Shown here: positions 19,750 through 30,081 of the stretch, one piece after another
Position numbering within the stretch: position 1 is the first letter of the stretch
Layout: each line of letters begins with the position of its first letter
Assembly: GCA_047285535.1 (NCBI GenBank)
Contig: JBJBDC010000001.1
Location: 160,136-224,135 of the forward strand
DNA length: 64,000 nucleotides
Direction of reading: 5' to 3'
Source: Synechococcus sp.
GTDB lineage: Bacteria; Cyanobacteriota; Cyanobacteriia; PCC-6307; Cyanobiaceae
The notes under the pieces: model-generated
What the model saw: the letters and a program-made list of their open reading frames with translations, nothing else
Told to the model about the DNA's origin: nothing
The model's database searches: none
Position numbers and translations under genes: made by a program

Positions 19750-21843
19750 ATGAGCCAAATAGCATTTCAGAACCCAAAAAAACTCCCTCAGATTTTACAG
19801 AGTGTTGCAGCCGAGTCAGGCCCCGTTGCACTCGGAATCGCTTTAGCGTGCTATGGACGAATATGTCATTTAAGTGAATTATCTGTTGCTTGTGGTGTCA
19901 CTCGTGATGGCACCAGTCCTTCAAAATTATTGCATGCAGCTAATCAATTTGGACTCATTGGCGAGTGGGAGACAATAAACATAAAAGAATTGGAGCTTTT
20001 AGAACATAAGCCAACAATCTGTGTTGGTGATAATTGCTCCTATTTCGTCATACTCAATATTGATAAGACCACTGTTGAAATATACGATAGTCAAATTGGG
20101 CGTATTAAGAAAAGTCTGGATCAGATTAATACCACTCAAATATTGTCGCTATCTAAATCCAAGGACTTCTATGTATCCGAGTCTTCACCCTATTGGTTGA
20201 GTTGTCTGAAATTAGTCTTACCTCTGCGATGGGAGTTTGTGGCCTTGGTTCTGTTAGCCACAGGTTCAGTCATCCCTATCTTGATGATTGCAGCATGTTC
20301 CTCTCAGTTTATTGATCAGTTTCTCGAACAGAAACGCCTCTCATTCGGAGTACCAATTGTTTGGATTGCACTCTTAGCACTTGCTTTGAAATCGAGCATG
20401 AGTGTGATCAGCGATGTCCTCCTTCGGAGAATGAGTTACGTTCTTGAGAGGAAGATGGCAGATGATATTTATGAGACATTGTTTAGTCGCTCATCTTCAT
20501 TTTTAGACCTACGTAATGGTGGAGATATCGCTTCACGGTTAATGTACCCATATTATGTTCCAGGGACAGCATTCTTTGAATTTCTTGATCCCGCGCTTGA
20601 ACTTTGGACCAGCACATTTATTGTGCTTTTTTCTGCTTTCATATCATTCCCTCTCTTTTTCTTCCTTTTTCTAGGCTACGTATCAATCCTGATTTCATCA
20701 TATCGATTAACTTTAACTACTGCCAATGATTTAACCATTCTTCAAAAAAGTAATAGCCAGCGATATTCCACGGCTTTTCAAATTATTAACAACCTTGAAT
20801 CCCTTAAGGCAGGCGCAATGGAATTCGCTCTTCTTGAAAAGTGGCATTTAAATTTCGCTCAAACAATTGAAGAGAATCAGATCATTGGTAAGAAAAAAGT
20901 GATTCGCGATGTGAGCATTAATGGGGCAATATTCGTGACCCAAGTTTTACTTCTAGGTATTGGTGGGTTATTTATTATACAAGGCAGTGTATCATTGGGA
21001 AGCTTGTTAGCGTTTTTATTTATTCAAGATCAAATTGCCGATTCTCTTCATTCTATTCCTTCCATTAGTAATGGCTGGCAATCTCTACAAGGTAAATTGC
21101 TGTGGTACGATGATATTAAGCAGGCTGAACCTGATCCATGGCATAAGCCTTTTCAGCGATCTAGATTGTTGGAGCAAGTAAACCTCGAGGACTCATTCAA
21201 TATAGAACTGAAGCATGTTGTTTTCAGCTTCAGTCCCTTAAATGATCCCTTCCTTAATGATATTAATTGTGTGATAAAAAGTGGACAGCAGATATTAATA
21301 AGAGGTGGGGATGGGTGTGGTAAGACAATCTTTATGCAATTGCTTTCTGGGCTTCGCCATCCTTCGGGCGGTAGTCAATTATTGAACGGCCAACCTCTTG
21401 AAAAAGTTGATAGTCGTTTTTGGCATCAAAATGTACTCTATATCGGTGAAAAAATACCTTTGTATCAAGGAAGTATTTTGGATAACATTACTCTTTGGAG
21501 AGATGGCTGTACACCTGAAAACGCCATACAAGCTGCTTCTGTTGTTGGACTATCTGGATGGATCGATCTCTTTGAACATGGAATTGAGCATCATCTATCC
21601 AATCCAAATCAAATCTTATGCAACAGTCAGAAAATACAGTTGGGAATCGCCAGGATTTTATGTGGCCAACCTCGTGTCATGCTTATGGACCTAAATACAG
21701 CTGAGCTTAGGAGTGAAGATGAGAAGCGAATATTCTCTTTTTGTAGAGAAAAAGGAATAACACTTATAAGTCTTTCAGAACGAATCGCTGATGAGAATTT
21801 ATATGATCAGATTCTATGCCTTCAAAGAGGTTCATTGGTTTGA
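19750..21843 (+). CDS. NHLP-type ABC exporter subunit: inactive C39-like domain + TMD + degenerate ATPase
   Basis: LQSVAAESGPVALGIALACYGR...CGVTRDG (C39 fold), hydrophobic TMD, GGDGCGKT P-loop, SILDNITLW; alternative GTG start at 19738. Confidence 0.88.
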   Translation: MSQIAFQNPKKLPQILQSVAAESGPVALGIALACYGRICHLSELSVACGVTRDGTSPSKLLHAANQFGLIGEWETINIKELELLEHKPTICVGDNCSYFVILNIDKTTVEIYDSQIGRIKKSLDQINTTQILSLSKSKDFYVSESSPYWLSCLKLVLPLRWEFVALVLLATGSVIPILMIAACSSQFIDQFLEQKRLSFGVPIVWIALLALALKSSMSVISDVLLRRMSYVLERKMADDIYETLFSRSSSFLDLRNGGDIASRLMYPYYVPGTAFFEFLDPALELWTSTFIVLFSAFISFPLFFFLFLGYVSILISSYRLTLTTANDLTILQKSNSQRYSTAFQIINNLESLKAGAMEFALLEKWHLNFAQTIEENQIIGKKKVIRDVSINGAIFVTQVLLLGIGGLFIIQGSVSLGSLLAFLFIQDQIADSLHSIPSISNGWQSLQGKLLWYDDIKQAEPDPWHKPFQRSRLLEQVNLEDSFNIELKHVVFSFSPLNDPFLNDINCVIKSGQQILIRGGDGCGKTIFMQLLSGLRHPSGGSQLLNGQPLEKVDSRFWHQNVLYIGEKIPLYQGSILDNITLWRDGCTPENAIQAASVVGLSGWIDLFEHGIEHHLSNPNQILCNSQKIQLGIARILCGQPRVMLMDLNTAELRSEDEKRIFSFCREKGITLISLSERIADENLYDQILCLQRGSLV

Positions 21844-23978
21844 CTAAGGGTGATTCAAATTATCTGATTGATCTTGATAGCGAAATTTATTCGCTTCAAT
21901 CAACTTCCAGTAATGAGCCTGTCGTAGATCCTTCTTTATTGTTGCTTAGTGCCGCACTTAGGATTCTTGATGTAAAGGATAAACGTTTGGATTCCGTAGG
22001 TGTAAATGGAGATATTCTTGCTTATATTGAATTTAATAATATCTACTGCCGGAGGGTTTTGCGACCTTCTGAATTGGAGTATGGAGACTACCCTCTCCTT
22101 TTGCTGTTCAATGCGGTTGATTCAACTCCCTATTTGTTAGTACGTGAAGGTATACAAAATCGACTTTTGACGATTCAAGATGGCAAGATTTGCAAACTGC
22201 CGAGAAATCTATGGCCTGAGTTTAAAGACAATGCCTATGAGCTGCATGCTAGTTTTCGCGACAAAGCTTCTGGCATCGCTGAAGTACTGAGGCTGGCCTA
22301 TAAACCTGAGCTCAAAGCCATCGCTTTACTGCTGCTTATTTCTTGCTTTGTCCTTGCATTTAGTCTTTCAATACCGCTTCTCACCAGTGCTTTGGTTTCA
22401 ACGGTTCTCCCTGAAGCTAATTTAGCATTTCTTGCTGAATGTCTCATTGTTGTTGGTCTCATTGTTGTTGTTTCCATTACCAGTCAGTACTTGCAAGAGA
22501 TGATGATTCTTCGATTGGAGACGATTGGTAATCAGCGACTACAGTTTGGAATGTGGGAGTTTTTCCTGAAGTTACCAGTTTCTTTTGCTGATAATAGACG
22601 CAGCGGTGATATTTATGCGGGTGTTAGTGCAATATCTAAAATTCGTACTTACGTAGGGGCAGGTTCACTAAAGTCAGGGCTTTCAGCACTCTTTTCGGTC
22701 GCTTTTCTCGCCTTAATGTTTCAATATAATCAAATCCTAGCATTTTGGTCGGTTGTATTGGTTGTTGTTGTTTTGTTAATTGTTTTTCAGATTGCTCGTA
22801 GAGCGATACGTCTCAATCAAGAGGTGTTTGATATCAAGAGCAGCCTGAATGGAATCAGTGATGAACTGGGATCTAGCGTTTTTGACATTCGGTCGATTAA
22901 TGCAGAGATCCCTTTCTTGCGGCGTTGGATGCATGATTTCACAAGCATGGCAAAGATTTCAATGCAACTTGACTTTCACAATCAATGCATCGATGTGATT
23001 CTCACCTCACTAAGCCCTCTTGGATCAGTACTTCTTTTTTATGTGGCTGTTATGCAAATCCTTAATGATCCAGACTCTATTAATGATCCTCGTCTTGTTG
23101 GTAGCTTTATTGCGTTCTACTCAGCCTTCATTGCGTTTAGCTCGTCAATTGCTGATGTGGCTACTAATTTCACCGATGTTTTTGCTAATGTATCAGTTCT
23201 TTGGCGTAAGGCAAGAGTTGTTTTAGATGCAAACATTGAACCTGGTTGGAAAGTTAATGTTGCCAATCATTCGTTTCGTGGGAGTATCAAATTTAATGAA
23301 GTGAACATTCAGCCAGATGGTCTACGTAAGCCGTTGCTTCAAAATATTTCTTTTGATATTTCTCCTGGTAAAATTTTGGCCATTGTAGGGAAAAAGGCTG
23401 GAGGAAAGTCTTTGCTCCTAAAATCAATTGTAGGTCTGGTTGTCCCTCGAAGTGGAGAGGTTTTAATAGATGGTATCCCAATACAGAAAGTGTCAGCTCG
23501 TGGGTTACGCAGACAGGTTGGATATATTCGCCAAGAGATGCTGTTAGAAGATATTTCTATCCGAGATTTGTTATGTGGGATTCATAATTATCCTGATTCT
23601 CTTCTGTGGGAAACTCTTGAGTTGCTCGGTCTGGAAGAGCGTATACGTGCATTGCCGCAACAGTTGGATTCAGTACTTTGCGACGGTGGTGATCCACTTT
23701 CACGTGGCGAAAGAAAGCTTTTAGCGCTTGCACGTTGCCTGCTGAGAAAGCCTGCGGCTCTTTTGCTTGATGAATTGTTGGTCGGATTGTCTGCAAAATA
23801 TCATTCAAAGTTGATAGATCTGATTCAAGCTCAAAATTGTACTGTTGTCATGATACCTAGTTTTTGGTCAGAACTTAAAATTGTTGATCATTTGCTTGTG
23901 CTTGACGATGGAGTGATTAGATTCACTGGTAGAGCGGATGACCCTTGTTTGGATAAAACATGCATTGATCTGCAATAA
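21816..23978 (+). CDS. NHLP-type ABC exporter, second subunit (TMD + ATPase)
   Basis: LKLPVSF...SGD TMD motif, GKKAGGKS, LSRGERK, LLLDE. Confidence 0.88.
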   Translation: MPSKRFIGLTKGDSNYLIDLDSEIYSLQSTSSNEPVVDPSLLLLSAALRILDVKDKRLDSVGVNGDILAYIEFNNIYCRRVLRPSELEYGDYPLLLLFNAVDSTPYLLVREGIQNRLLTIQDGKICKLPRNLWPEFKDNAYELHASFRDKASGIAEVLRLAYKPELKAIALLLLISCFVLAFSLSIPLLTSALVSTVLPEANLAFLAECLIVVGLIVVVSITSQYLQEMMILRLETIGNQRLQFGMWEFFLKLPVSFADNRRSGDIYAGVSAISKIRTYVGAGSLKSGLSALFSVAFLALMFQYNQILAFWSVVLVVVVLLIVFQIARRAIRLNQEVFDIKSSLNGISDELGSSVFDIRSINAEIPFLRRWMHDFTSMAKISMQLDFHNQCIDVILTSLSPLGSVLLFYVAVMQILNDPDSINDPRLVGSFIAFYSAFIAFSSSIADVATNFTDVFANVSVLWRKARVVLDANIEPGWKVNVANHSFRGSIKFNEVNIQPDGLRKPLLQNISFDISPGKILAIVGKKAGGKSLLLKSIVGLVVPRSGEVLIDGIPIQKVSARGLRRQVGYIRQEMLLEDISIRDLLCGIHNYPDSLLWETLELLGLEERIRALPQQLDSVLCDGGDPLSRGERKLLALARCLLRKPAALLLDELLVGLSAKYHSKLIDLIQAQNCTVVMIPSFWSELKIVDHLLVLDDGVIRFTGRADDPCLDKTCIDLQ

Positions 23979-23999
23979 AGAGATTCCTTTGGTTGTGAT

Positions 24000-24273
24000 T
24001 TGTATTTATTGTTTGGCCTTCTTGCTCGTTCCCTCTAGTCCTTTGGCCTTGGAATCATGCTGCCTTCTGACTCCTCGTATGGCTTTGAGTATTCCAGCAA
24101 TCATGACAGGATTTGCTGAATCTGTTTCCAAGGAAGAGCAGGCCTCGGCGATCGGTTGTGCGATGTCACTCTTCACCCTTGCTGCTGCCATTGTTCTTTT
24201 TTCGATTGATCGCGATTTGCTTCTGTTAGGCCGCAAACACCATTTTGATTGGCCATTTCCTGTGGTTTGCTAA
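24000..24273 (+). pseudogene. Fragment resembling the C-terminal part of an MFS transporter
   Basis: MALSIPAIMTGFAESVSKEEQASAIGCAMSLFTLAAAIV resembles the MFS TM10-11 loop; rest of the gene absent. Confidence 0.5.
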
Positions 24274-24398
24274 CAGTTTGATGTTGATTTTGTATTTGTT
24301 GAATTGAATTATTTCGATCAAAATAAAGTCAAAAGTCCTGCGATATTGGTTTGTTTCCGAATATTATTGGCAATCCTCGCTGGTTTTCTTTTTGCTCC

Positions 24399-27386
24399 TT
24401 ATTTGCATTCCATCCAATTCTCACCACTGCCTGTTTCCACCTCGAGCGGCACAGAAAGCTTGATCGCATTCTTCATCGTTTTCACGACGAGCTTCTGCAC
24501 AACATTGAGGGCTTCTGGGTCCACTTCCAGAACGAGTTCATCATGAACCTGCAACAGCAGTCGCGCGGGAAGATTGTGGCAATCGAGCTCGGCCTGGAGC
24601 TGCACCATGGCCAGTTTGATGATGTCGGCGCTGGAGCCCTGAATGGGGGCATTGGCCGCAGCACGCAGTTGCTGGGCCTCCATTCCCCCTCGTCGTGCCA
24701 GCTCCAAATCGATCTCGAGAGGATCCATGCCTTTAAGGCGTCCGAGTCCATTGCGATCAAAGTGGAAGGGGCGTCTGCGCCCCAGGATGGTTTCCACATA
24801 GCCCTGACTCAGAGCTAGGCGTTCCTGTAGTTCCAGAAAGGCAAAAATTTTGGGATAGCGTTGTTTGTATTGGCTCAAAAACTCTTTGGCTTCGTTGGAA
24901 CTCACGCCTGTTTCGCGGGCGAATCGCTGGGGCCCCATGCCATACACCACACCGAAGTTGATTGTTTTTCCCAACCGCCTTTCGTCGGCATTCACCTCTT
25001 TTTTGTTGAGCAGCAAGCGTGCCGTTAGCGCATGGACATCGTCCCCATGGCGGTAAGCCTCTTGCAGCACCTCTTCGCCAGAGAGGTGAGTCAGAATGCG
25101 GAGTTCGATCTGGGAATAGTCGGCACTGAGGAGGGTCCACCTCTCTTGAGGCAAAAACGCTTTGCGAATGCGTCGGGAAAATTCCGTGCGCACCGGAATG
25201 TTTTGCAGATTGGGGTTGCTACTACTGAGCCGTCCGGTTGCTGTGACGGCTTGATTGAAATCGGTATGAACCCGACCGGTTTCCTCTTCCACCAGTTGAG
25301 GTAAAGCATCCACGTAGGTGCTTTTCAATTTGCTGAGAACCCGATGTTCAAGCACCAGGGGGACCACCGGATGATCCTGTTCCAGCTTTTCGAGCACGTT
25401 GGCATCGGTGCTGTATCCGGTTTTGGTGCGGCGTGATTTCTTGCGATCCAGTCCGAGTGTGTTGAACAGCAAGTCGCCCAGTTGTTTGGGTGAAGCCAGG
25501 TTGAAATCCACTTGGGCAACCTCTTTGGCTTTGCGTTCCAGTTGTTCAAGCGTGGAGCCGATTTCACTCGAGAGAGCGGCCAGGTAGGGCTGATCAATGC
25601 GAATGCCCGTTGCTTCCATCAGGGCCAGCACTGGCTCGAGAGGGAGTTCAACTCTGCTGAGCAAGTCCGGTAGTTTGGGACCGAAAGCCTCCAGTTGGTG
25701 TCGGAGGTCGATCGCGAGTTTGCGGGTGAGATACACATCCATGCCGCAGTACTGGGCTGCCTGTCCCAACGGCACCTGCTCGAACCGGCTCACTTTCCCG
25801 TCCTTGGTTTTGCCCACCAAGTCGCTGAACAGGGTTGGACTGATGCCGTAATCCCGCTTGGCCATCACATCCAACCCGTGCTTGGCTGTCGCATCACGGA
25901 GATAATCAGCCAACAGGGTGTCCATCACCACCCCTGCAAGGGTCAGTCCGTGGCGCAACAGAATCAGTCGATCGTATTTAGCGTTCTGAAGTGCTTTGGG
26001 GTGTTCGCCACTGGCCAGCCAGGGTGAAAAAGCTTCAAGCACCGTTTCCAGTGAGAGCTGCTCTGGGGCAGGATCTGCATGATGACTCACTGGGATGTAA
26101 GCCAGATCGCTGACCGCTGGTCCCCAGCAGACGCCAACTCCCACGAGTTGGGCCCTGAATGGATTGAGATCGCTGGTTTCAGTGTCAAGGGCAACGGGTT
26201 CCAATGGGTCAACGCAGGCCATCAACCGCTGCATGAGTATTTTGAGCTGGCTGATGTTTTGTACGAGTTGGGGGTGCAAGACCGGTTTGGTTTGGTCGGT
26301 ATCAGGGGCGGCAGTCGTTTCTGTGATGAATGACTCAGCTGCAGCTGTGGTTGTAGGAACTTCCGTTTTTTTGCTTGTCTCCTCAACTGAGCTGAGGAGA
26401 TGGCTATTGGCGCCTAAGCCACCACTGGAAAAAGTGGCCACAAAGTTGGGGACCTGCCGAATCAGGCTGTTCAGCTCTAGTTCTTGAAGACGCTGACTCA
26501 GTCCATCACCATCGACGCTGCCAAGAGCAAGTTCTGGATCCTCAGGCAGAGGAATATTCACCAGGATCTCAGCGAGGTGTCGTGAGAGATAGGCGTTGTC
26601 CTTGTCGTTGGCCAGTTTGCCTTTTAGTGCTCCTTTGATTGCTCCTCGACTCGCTTTTGGCCCTTCCTTTTCCACTTCGGCGAGGGCTCGATAGACCCCA
26701 TCGAGATCCTCGTTTTCTCTCAGAAGATTGATGGCAGTTTTCGGGCCGACGCCTCTTACTCCAGGGATGTTGTCGGAACTGTCACCCGTGAGAGCCTTGA
26801 GATCAATCACTTTTGCTGGAACTACGCCTAGCTTGGCCAGCACACCGGCTTCATCAATCAAGGTGGGTCCACTACTTTTGGCATAAGGACCGCCTCCCAT
26901 GTAGAGAACGGCGATGTTGCGGCTGTCGTCTACGAGTTGAAATAAATCGCGATCGCCGCTGAGGATGCGAACGCTCCAGCCCTCTGATGCTGCGCGGTTG
27001 GCCAAGGTGCCGAGTACATCGTCGGCTTCAAAGCCAGGCGCTTGATAAAGAGGAAGTTGGAGTTGAGTTCTAAGAATCTCTTGAAGCTGCTCAAGGTCCT
27101 GAAAGAAAACCTCGGGTGCCACATCCCGATGCGCTTTGTAGTTTGGATCAGCTTTGTGGCGGAATGTTGGTTCTGCGGTGTCGAAGGCGATCGTCACACT
27201 GGCAGGCTTGAGTCCTTTGCAGTTATCCAGTAATGCCTTGAGAAACCCATATGTGACGCTCGTGGGAATTCCGTCCTTCGTACTGAGTCCGCCTTCTCCG
27301 CCTTTGCTGAAAGCGTAAAAACTGCGGAAGGCCAGTGAGTGCCCGTCCACCAGCAGCAGCAGGGGTTGATCTGGGGAGGTGCTCAT
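24399..27386 (-). CDS. polA: DNA polymerase I
   Basis: VDGHSLAFR 5' nuclease, ALDTET exonuclease, ADYSQIELR, KTINFGVVYG, QVHDELV. Confidence 0.99.
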   Translation of the reverse strand: MSTSPDQPLLLLVDGHSLAFRSFYAFSKGGEGGLSTKDGIPTSVTYGFLKALLDNCKGLKPASVTIAFDTAEPTFRHKADPNYKAHRDVAPEVFFQDLEQLQEILRTQLQLPLYQAPGFEADDVLGTLANRAASEGWSVRILSGDRDLFQLVDDSRNIAVLYMGGGPYAKSSGPTLIDEAGVLAKLGVVPAKVIDLKALTGDSSDNIPGVRGVGPKTAINLLRENEDLDGVYRALAEVEKEGPKASRGAIKGALKGKLANDKDNAYLSRHLAEILVNIPLPEDPELALGSVDGDGLSQRLQELELNSLIRQVPNFVATFSSGGLGANSHLLSSVEETSKKTEVPTTTAAAESFITETTAAPDTDQTKPVLHPQLVQNISQLKILMQRLMACVDPLEPVALDTETSDLNPFRAQLVGVGVCWGPAVSDLAYIPVSHHADPAPEQLSLETVLEAFSPWLASGEHPKALQNAKYDRLILLRHGLTLAGVVMDTLLADYLRDATAKHGLDVMAKRDYGISPTLFSDLVGKTKDGKVSRFEQVPLGQAAQYCGMDVYLTRKLAIDLRHQLEAFGPKLPDLLSRVELPLEPVLALMEATGIRIDQPYLAALSSEIGSTLEQLERKAKEVAQVDFNLASPKQLGDLLFNTLGLDRKKSRRTKTGYSTDANVLEKLEQDHPVVPLVLEHRVLSKLKSTYVDALPQLVEEETGRVHTDFNQAVTATGRLSSSNPNLQNIPVRTEFSRRIRKAFLPQERWTLLSADYSQIELRILTHLSGEEVLQEAYRHGDDVHALTARLLLNKKEVNADERRLGKTINFGVVYGMGPQRFARETGVSSNEAKEFLSQYKQRYPKIFAFLELQERLALSQGYVETILGRRRPFHFDRNGLGRLKGMDPLEIDLELARRGGMEAQQLRAAANAPIQGSSADIIKLAMVQLQAELDCHNLPARLLLQVHDELVLEVDPEALNVVQKLVVKTMKNAIKLSVPLEVETGSGENWMECK

Positions 27387-27409
27387 GGGTTTGGCGGGGT
27401 TTGGCAGTT

Positions 27410-28582
27410 TCAGTCGCGTTGTTTCGCCCAGGGAGGTAAATCGATGAACACCCTGGTGCCCGGTTGAACTCCCGAGAGAATCGCACTCTGGCTGCCGCCG
27501 CTGGAGCCCAGTTCAACGGACTGGAAGGTTGGCTGGTCGTTTTTTCCCACCAGAAGTACCCCTGGTTTGCCGTTTTCCGTGACGATGGCGACGGTCGGAA
27601 CCAGAGTGCTCGGTGCCGTACGCCCGGTCTGAAAGTTCACATCTGCAGTCATCCCGATGCGAAGCATGGGCGGTGGATTTATCGGAGTTAATTCCACCTC
27701 GAAAGAGATGACGTTGTTTGTGTTTGCGGCGCGTGGGGCGATGTCACGGACCTCTGCTGCAAAGCTCTGATCTGGAAAGGCATCGACGCGAATATCAGCG
27801 ATCTGCCCGATTTTGATACGACCGATATCACTTTCTGGCACTTTCGCTGTGACTTCAAGGCCGTGAGAGAGCTCAACGATGGATGAGCTTGTTGCACCTG
27901 CTGTCGAGGATGCAGTCGTGGTGGGTGTCACAAATGAGCCTGGTTCGGCATAGCGCTCTGTGATGGTGCCGCTGAATGGAGCCCTGATCAGAAAGTCGCC
28001 ACCTTCTACATTGAGCTGCTCAATGCGTTCCTGTGCTGCTTCCAAAGTGGCCTTGCTACTGAGATAACTGGCTCGAAAATCATCAATGTCTGCTTCACTA
28101 ATCGCACCAGTGGAGAACAATTTTTGTCGCCGCTGATAGTCAGATTTTTTGGCCTCAAAGTCAGCTTTTGCTTGACGTGCTAGGGCCTTGACCTCATCCA
28201 TGCGGTCTTGAAAGTCTCCTCGGTCCATCCGAGCAAGTACCTGTCCTTCTTGAACGATGTCCCCTTCATCAACGAGAAGCGCTTCAAGCAATCCTTGATG
28301 TTTAGGGCTCACATTGACACGGCGGATGGGCTCTAACTCTCCGCTAGCTGTGATGACGCCAGGAAGGGATCCACGGGTGGCTTTGACGGTGTAATTGGAG
28401 AGATCACGGTTTCCAGTGCGGCCACTACCGAGCACCCAAATCAAGATTCCACCGCCCAAAAGGACCGTTACAGCAGCAATGATCAGACGATTTCGACGCC
28501 GTCGCTGTCCGCTTAAACGCGTGATTGAACTCAAGTCATGCTCCTTGGAGAGGGATGGGGCTTGCCGTTGCGGGAGGACCAC
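27410..28582 (-). CDS. Efflux RND transporter periplasmic adaptor subunit
   Basis: N-terminal TM, VDEGDIV lipoyl half-motif, IRAPFSG, VPESDIG. Confidence 0.92.
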   Translation of the reverse strand: MVLPQRQAPSLSKEHDLSSITRLSGQRRRRNRLIIAAVTVLLGGGILIWVLGSGRTGNRDLSNYTVKATRGSLPGVITASGELEPIRRVNVSPKHQGLLEALLVDEGDIVQEGQVLARMDRGDFQDRMDEVKALARQAKADFEAKKSDYQRRQKLFSTGAISEADIDDFRASYLSSKATLEAAQERIEQLNVEGGDFLIRAPFSGTITERYAEPGSFVTPTTTASSTAGATSSSIVELSHGLEVTAKVPESDIGRIKIGQIADIRVDAFPDQSFAAEVRDIAPRAANTNNVISFEVELTPINPPPMLRIGMTADVNFQTGRTAPSTLVPTVAIVTENGKPGVLLVGKNDQPTFQSVELGSSGGSQSAILSGVQPGTRVFIDLPPWAKQRD

Positions 28583-28750
28583 GACACTGGCTGTATCAGA
28601 ACTTCACATGCAGTTTCGCCTGTGCGCTGACAAATTGACAGGTTTAGCCAAGGTTTGCACGTATCAGAAACGCAGAAGTCTCGGAAACGTCCCTTTGGGT
28701 GGCTTTGCCGTCGTTGATTCTGTCTTGGCTTTGTGGATAGATTTGCCCTC

Positions 28751-29842
28751 ATGCTTAAAGCCGGAATCGTCGGTTTGCCCAACGTAGGCAAATCCACCTT
28801 GTTTAATGCCCTGGTCGCCAATGCACAAGCTCAGGCTGCCAACTTTCCGTTCTGCACGATTGAGCCCAATGTGGGCAGTGTGGCGGTTCCAGATGATCGT
28901 CTCCAGAAGTTATCGGATCTCAGCCAAAGCAAAGAGCAGATCCCTGCTCGGATGGAATTCGTGGACATCGCTGGATTGGTGAAGGGTGCGAGTCAAGGTG
29001 AAGGATTGGGCAATAAGTTTTTGTCGAATATTCGTGAGGTTGATGCCATCGTTCACGTGGTGCGTTGTTTTGAAGACGACGATGTCATTCATGTGTCTGG
29101 ATCTGTCGGACCTGCACGCGATGCCGAGGTGATCAATCTTGAGCTTGGTTTGGCAGATCTTTCTCAAATCGAGAAACGGCGTGAACGTCTCAAAAAGCAA
29201 ATGCGTACCAGCAAAGACGCTCAGGTTGAAGATGAAGTTCTTGAGCGTATTCAACAGTTGCTTGAAGCGGGTGGTGCTGCTCGCAATGTTGAGATGAGCC
29301 AGGAAGAGGCGCTGATGATTAAACCCCTGGGATTGCTTACATCAAAGCCGATCATCTATGCCACCAATGTGAGCGAAGATGATTTGGCTAATGGGAATGG
29401 ATTTTGTCAAGAGGTTGTTGCTCTTGCGGAAAAAGAAGGTGCTGAAACCGTTCGTATCTCTGCGCAGGTAGAAGCCGAGTTGGTTGAGTTGGGTGATCAA
29501 GAATGTGCTGATTACTTGGAAGGACTTGGTGTCAGTGAAGGAGGCTTGCGTAGTCTGATTCGTGCCACTTATCGACTCTTGGGTTTACGCACCTATTTCA
29601 CCACTGGCGAAAAAGAAACACGGGCGTGGACATTTCGTGCGGGGATGACCGCACCGCAAACAGCAGGCGTGATTCACACGGATTTCGAGCGTGGATTCAT
29701 CCGTGCGCAGACCATCGGTTGGGACAAGTTGCTGGCAGCAGGATCTCTGTCGGAGGCTCGAAACAAGGGTTGGTTGCGCAGTGAAGGGAAGGACTATCTA
29801 GTGGCTGAGGGTGATGTGATGGAGTTTTTGTTTAATGTTTGA
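28751..29842 (+). CDS. ychF: Redox-regulated ATPase YchF
   Basis: GIVGLPNVGKST, NFPFCTIEPN, DIAGLVKGAS, IHTDFERGFIRA. Confidence 0.98.
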   Translation: MLKAGIVGLPNVGKSTLFNALVANAQAQAANFPFCTIEPNVGSVAVPDDRLQKLSDLSQSKEQIPARMEFVDIAGLVKGASQGEGLGNKFLSNIREVDAIVHVVRCFEDDDVIHVSGSVGPARDAEVINLELGLADLSQIEKRRERLKKQMRTSKDAQVEDEVLERIQQLLEAGGAARNVEMSQEEALMIKPLGLLTSKPIIYATNVSEDDLANGNGFCQEVVALAEKEGAETVRISAQVEAELVELGDQECADYLEGLGVSEGGLRSLIRATYRLLGLRTYFTTGEKETRAWTFRAGMTAPQTAGVIHTDFERGFIRAQTIGWDKLLAAGSLSEARNKGWLRSEGKDYLVAEGDVMEFLFNV

Positions 29843-30081
29843 CGTGCAGATTTGCTTTGCAGTCTTTTGATTCATAGGGTAATGGCTTTAATTTGCTTTT
29901 TGATTTGAGGTTGCAGGAATTAAGAATCGCTCAGAGAACTCTTGTTCCAAATGATAGTAATGCTTGAATATGCATTCAAGTTGTTGAAATATTCGGGTTT
30001 TTCTCTGCTGTGCTGTTTAAGTATTGATTCACTGCATTGGATCAATGCTTGTTGGAGGTGAAGTGGACTCGACTTCTTTGT

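Noticed and set aside
16085..24398. Target-site duplication or att repeats flanking the exporter island
   Set aside because: No matching direct repeats found by eye at either boundary
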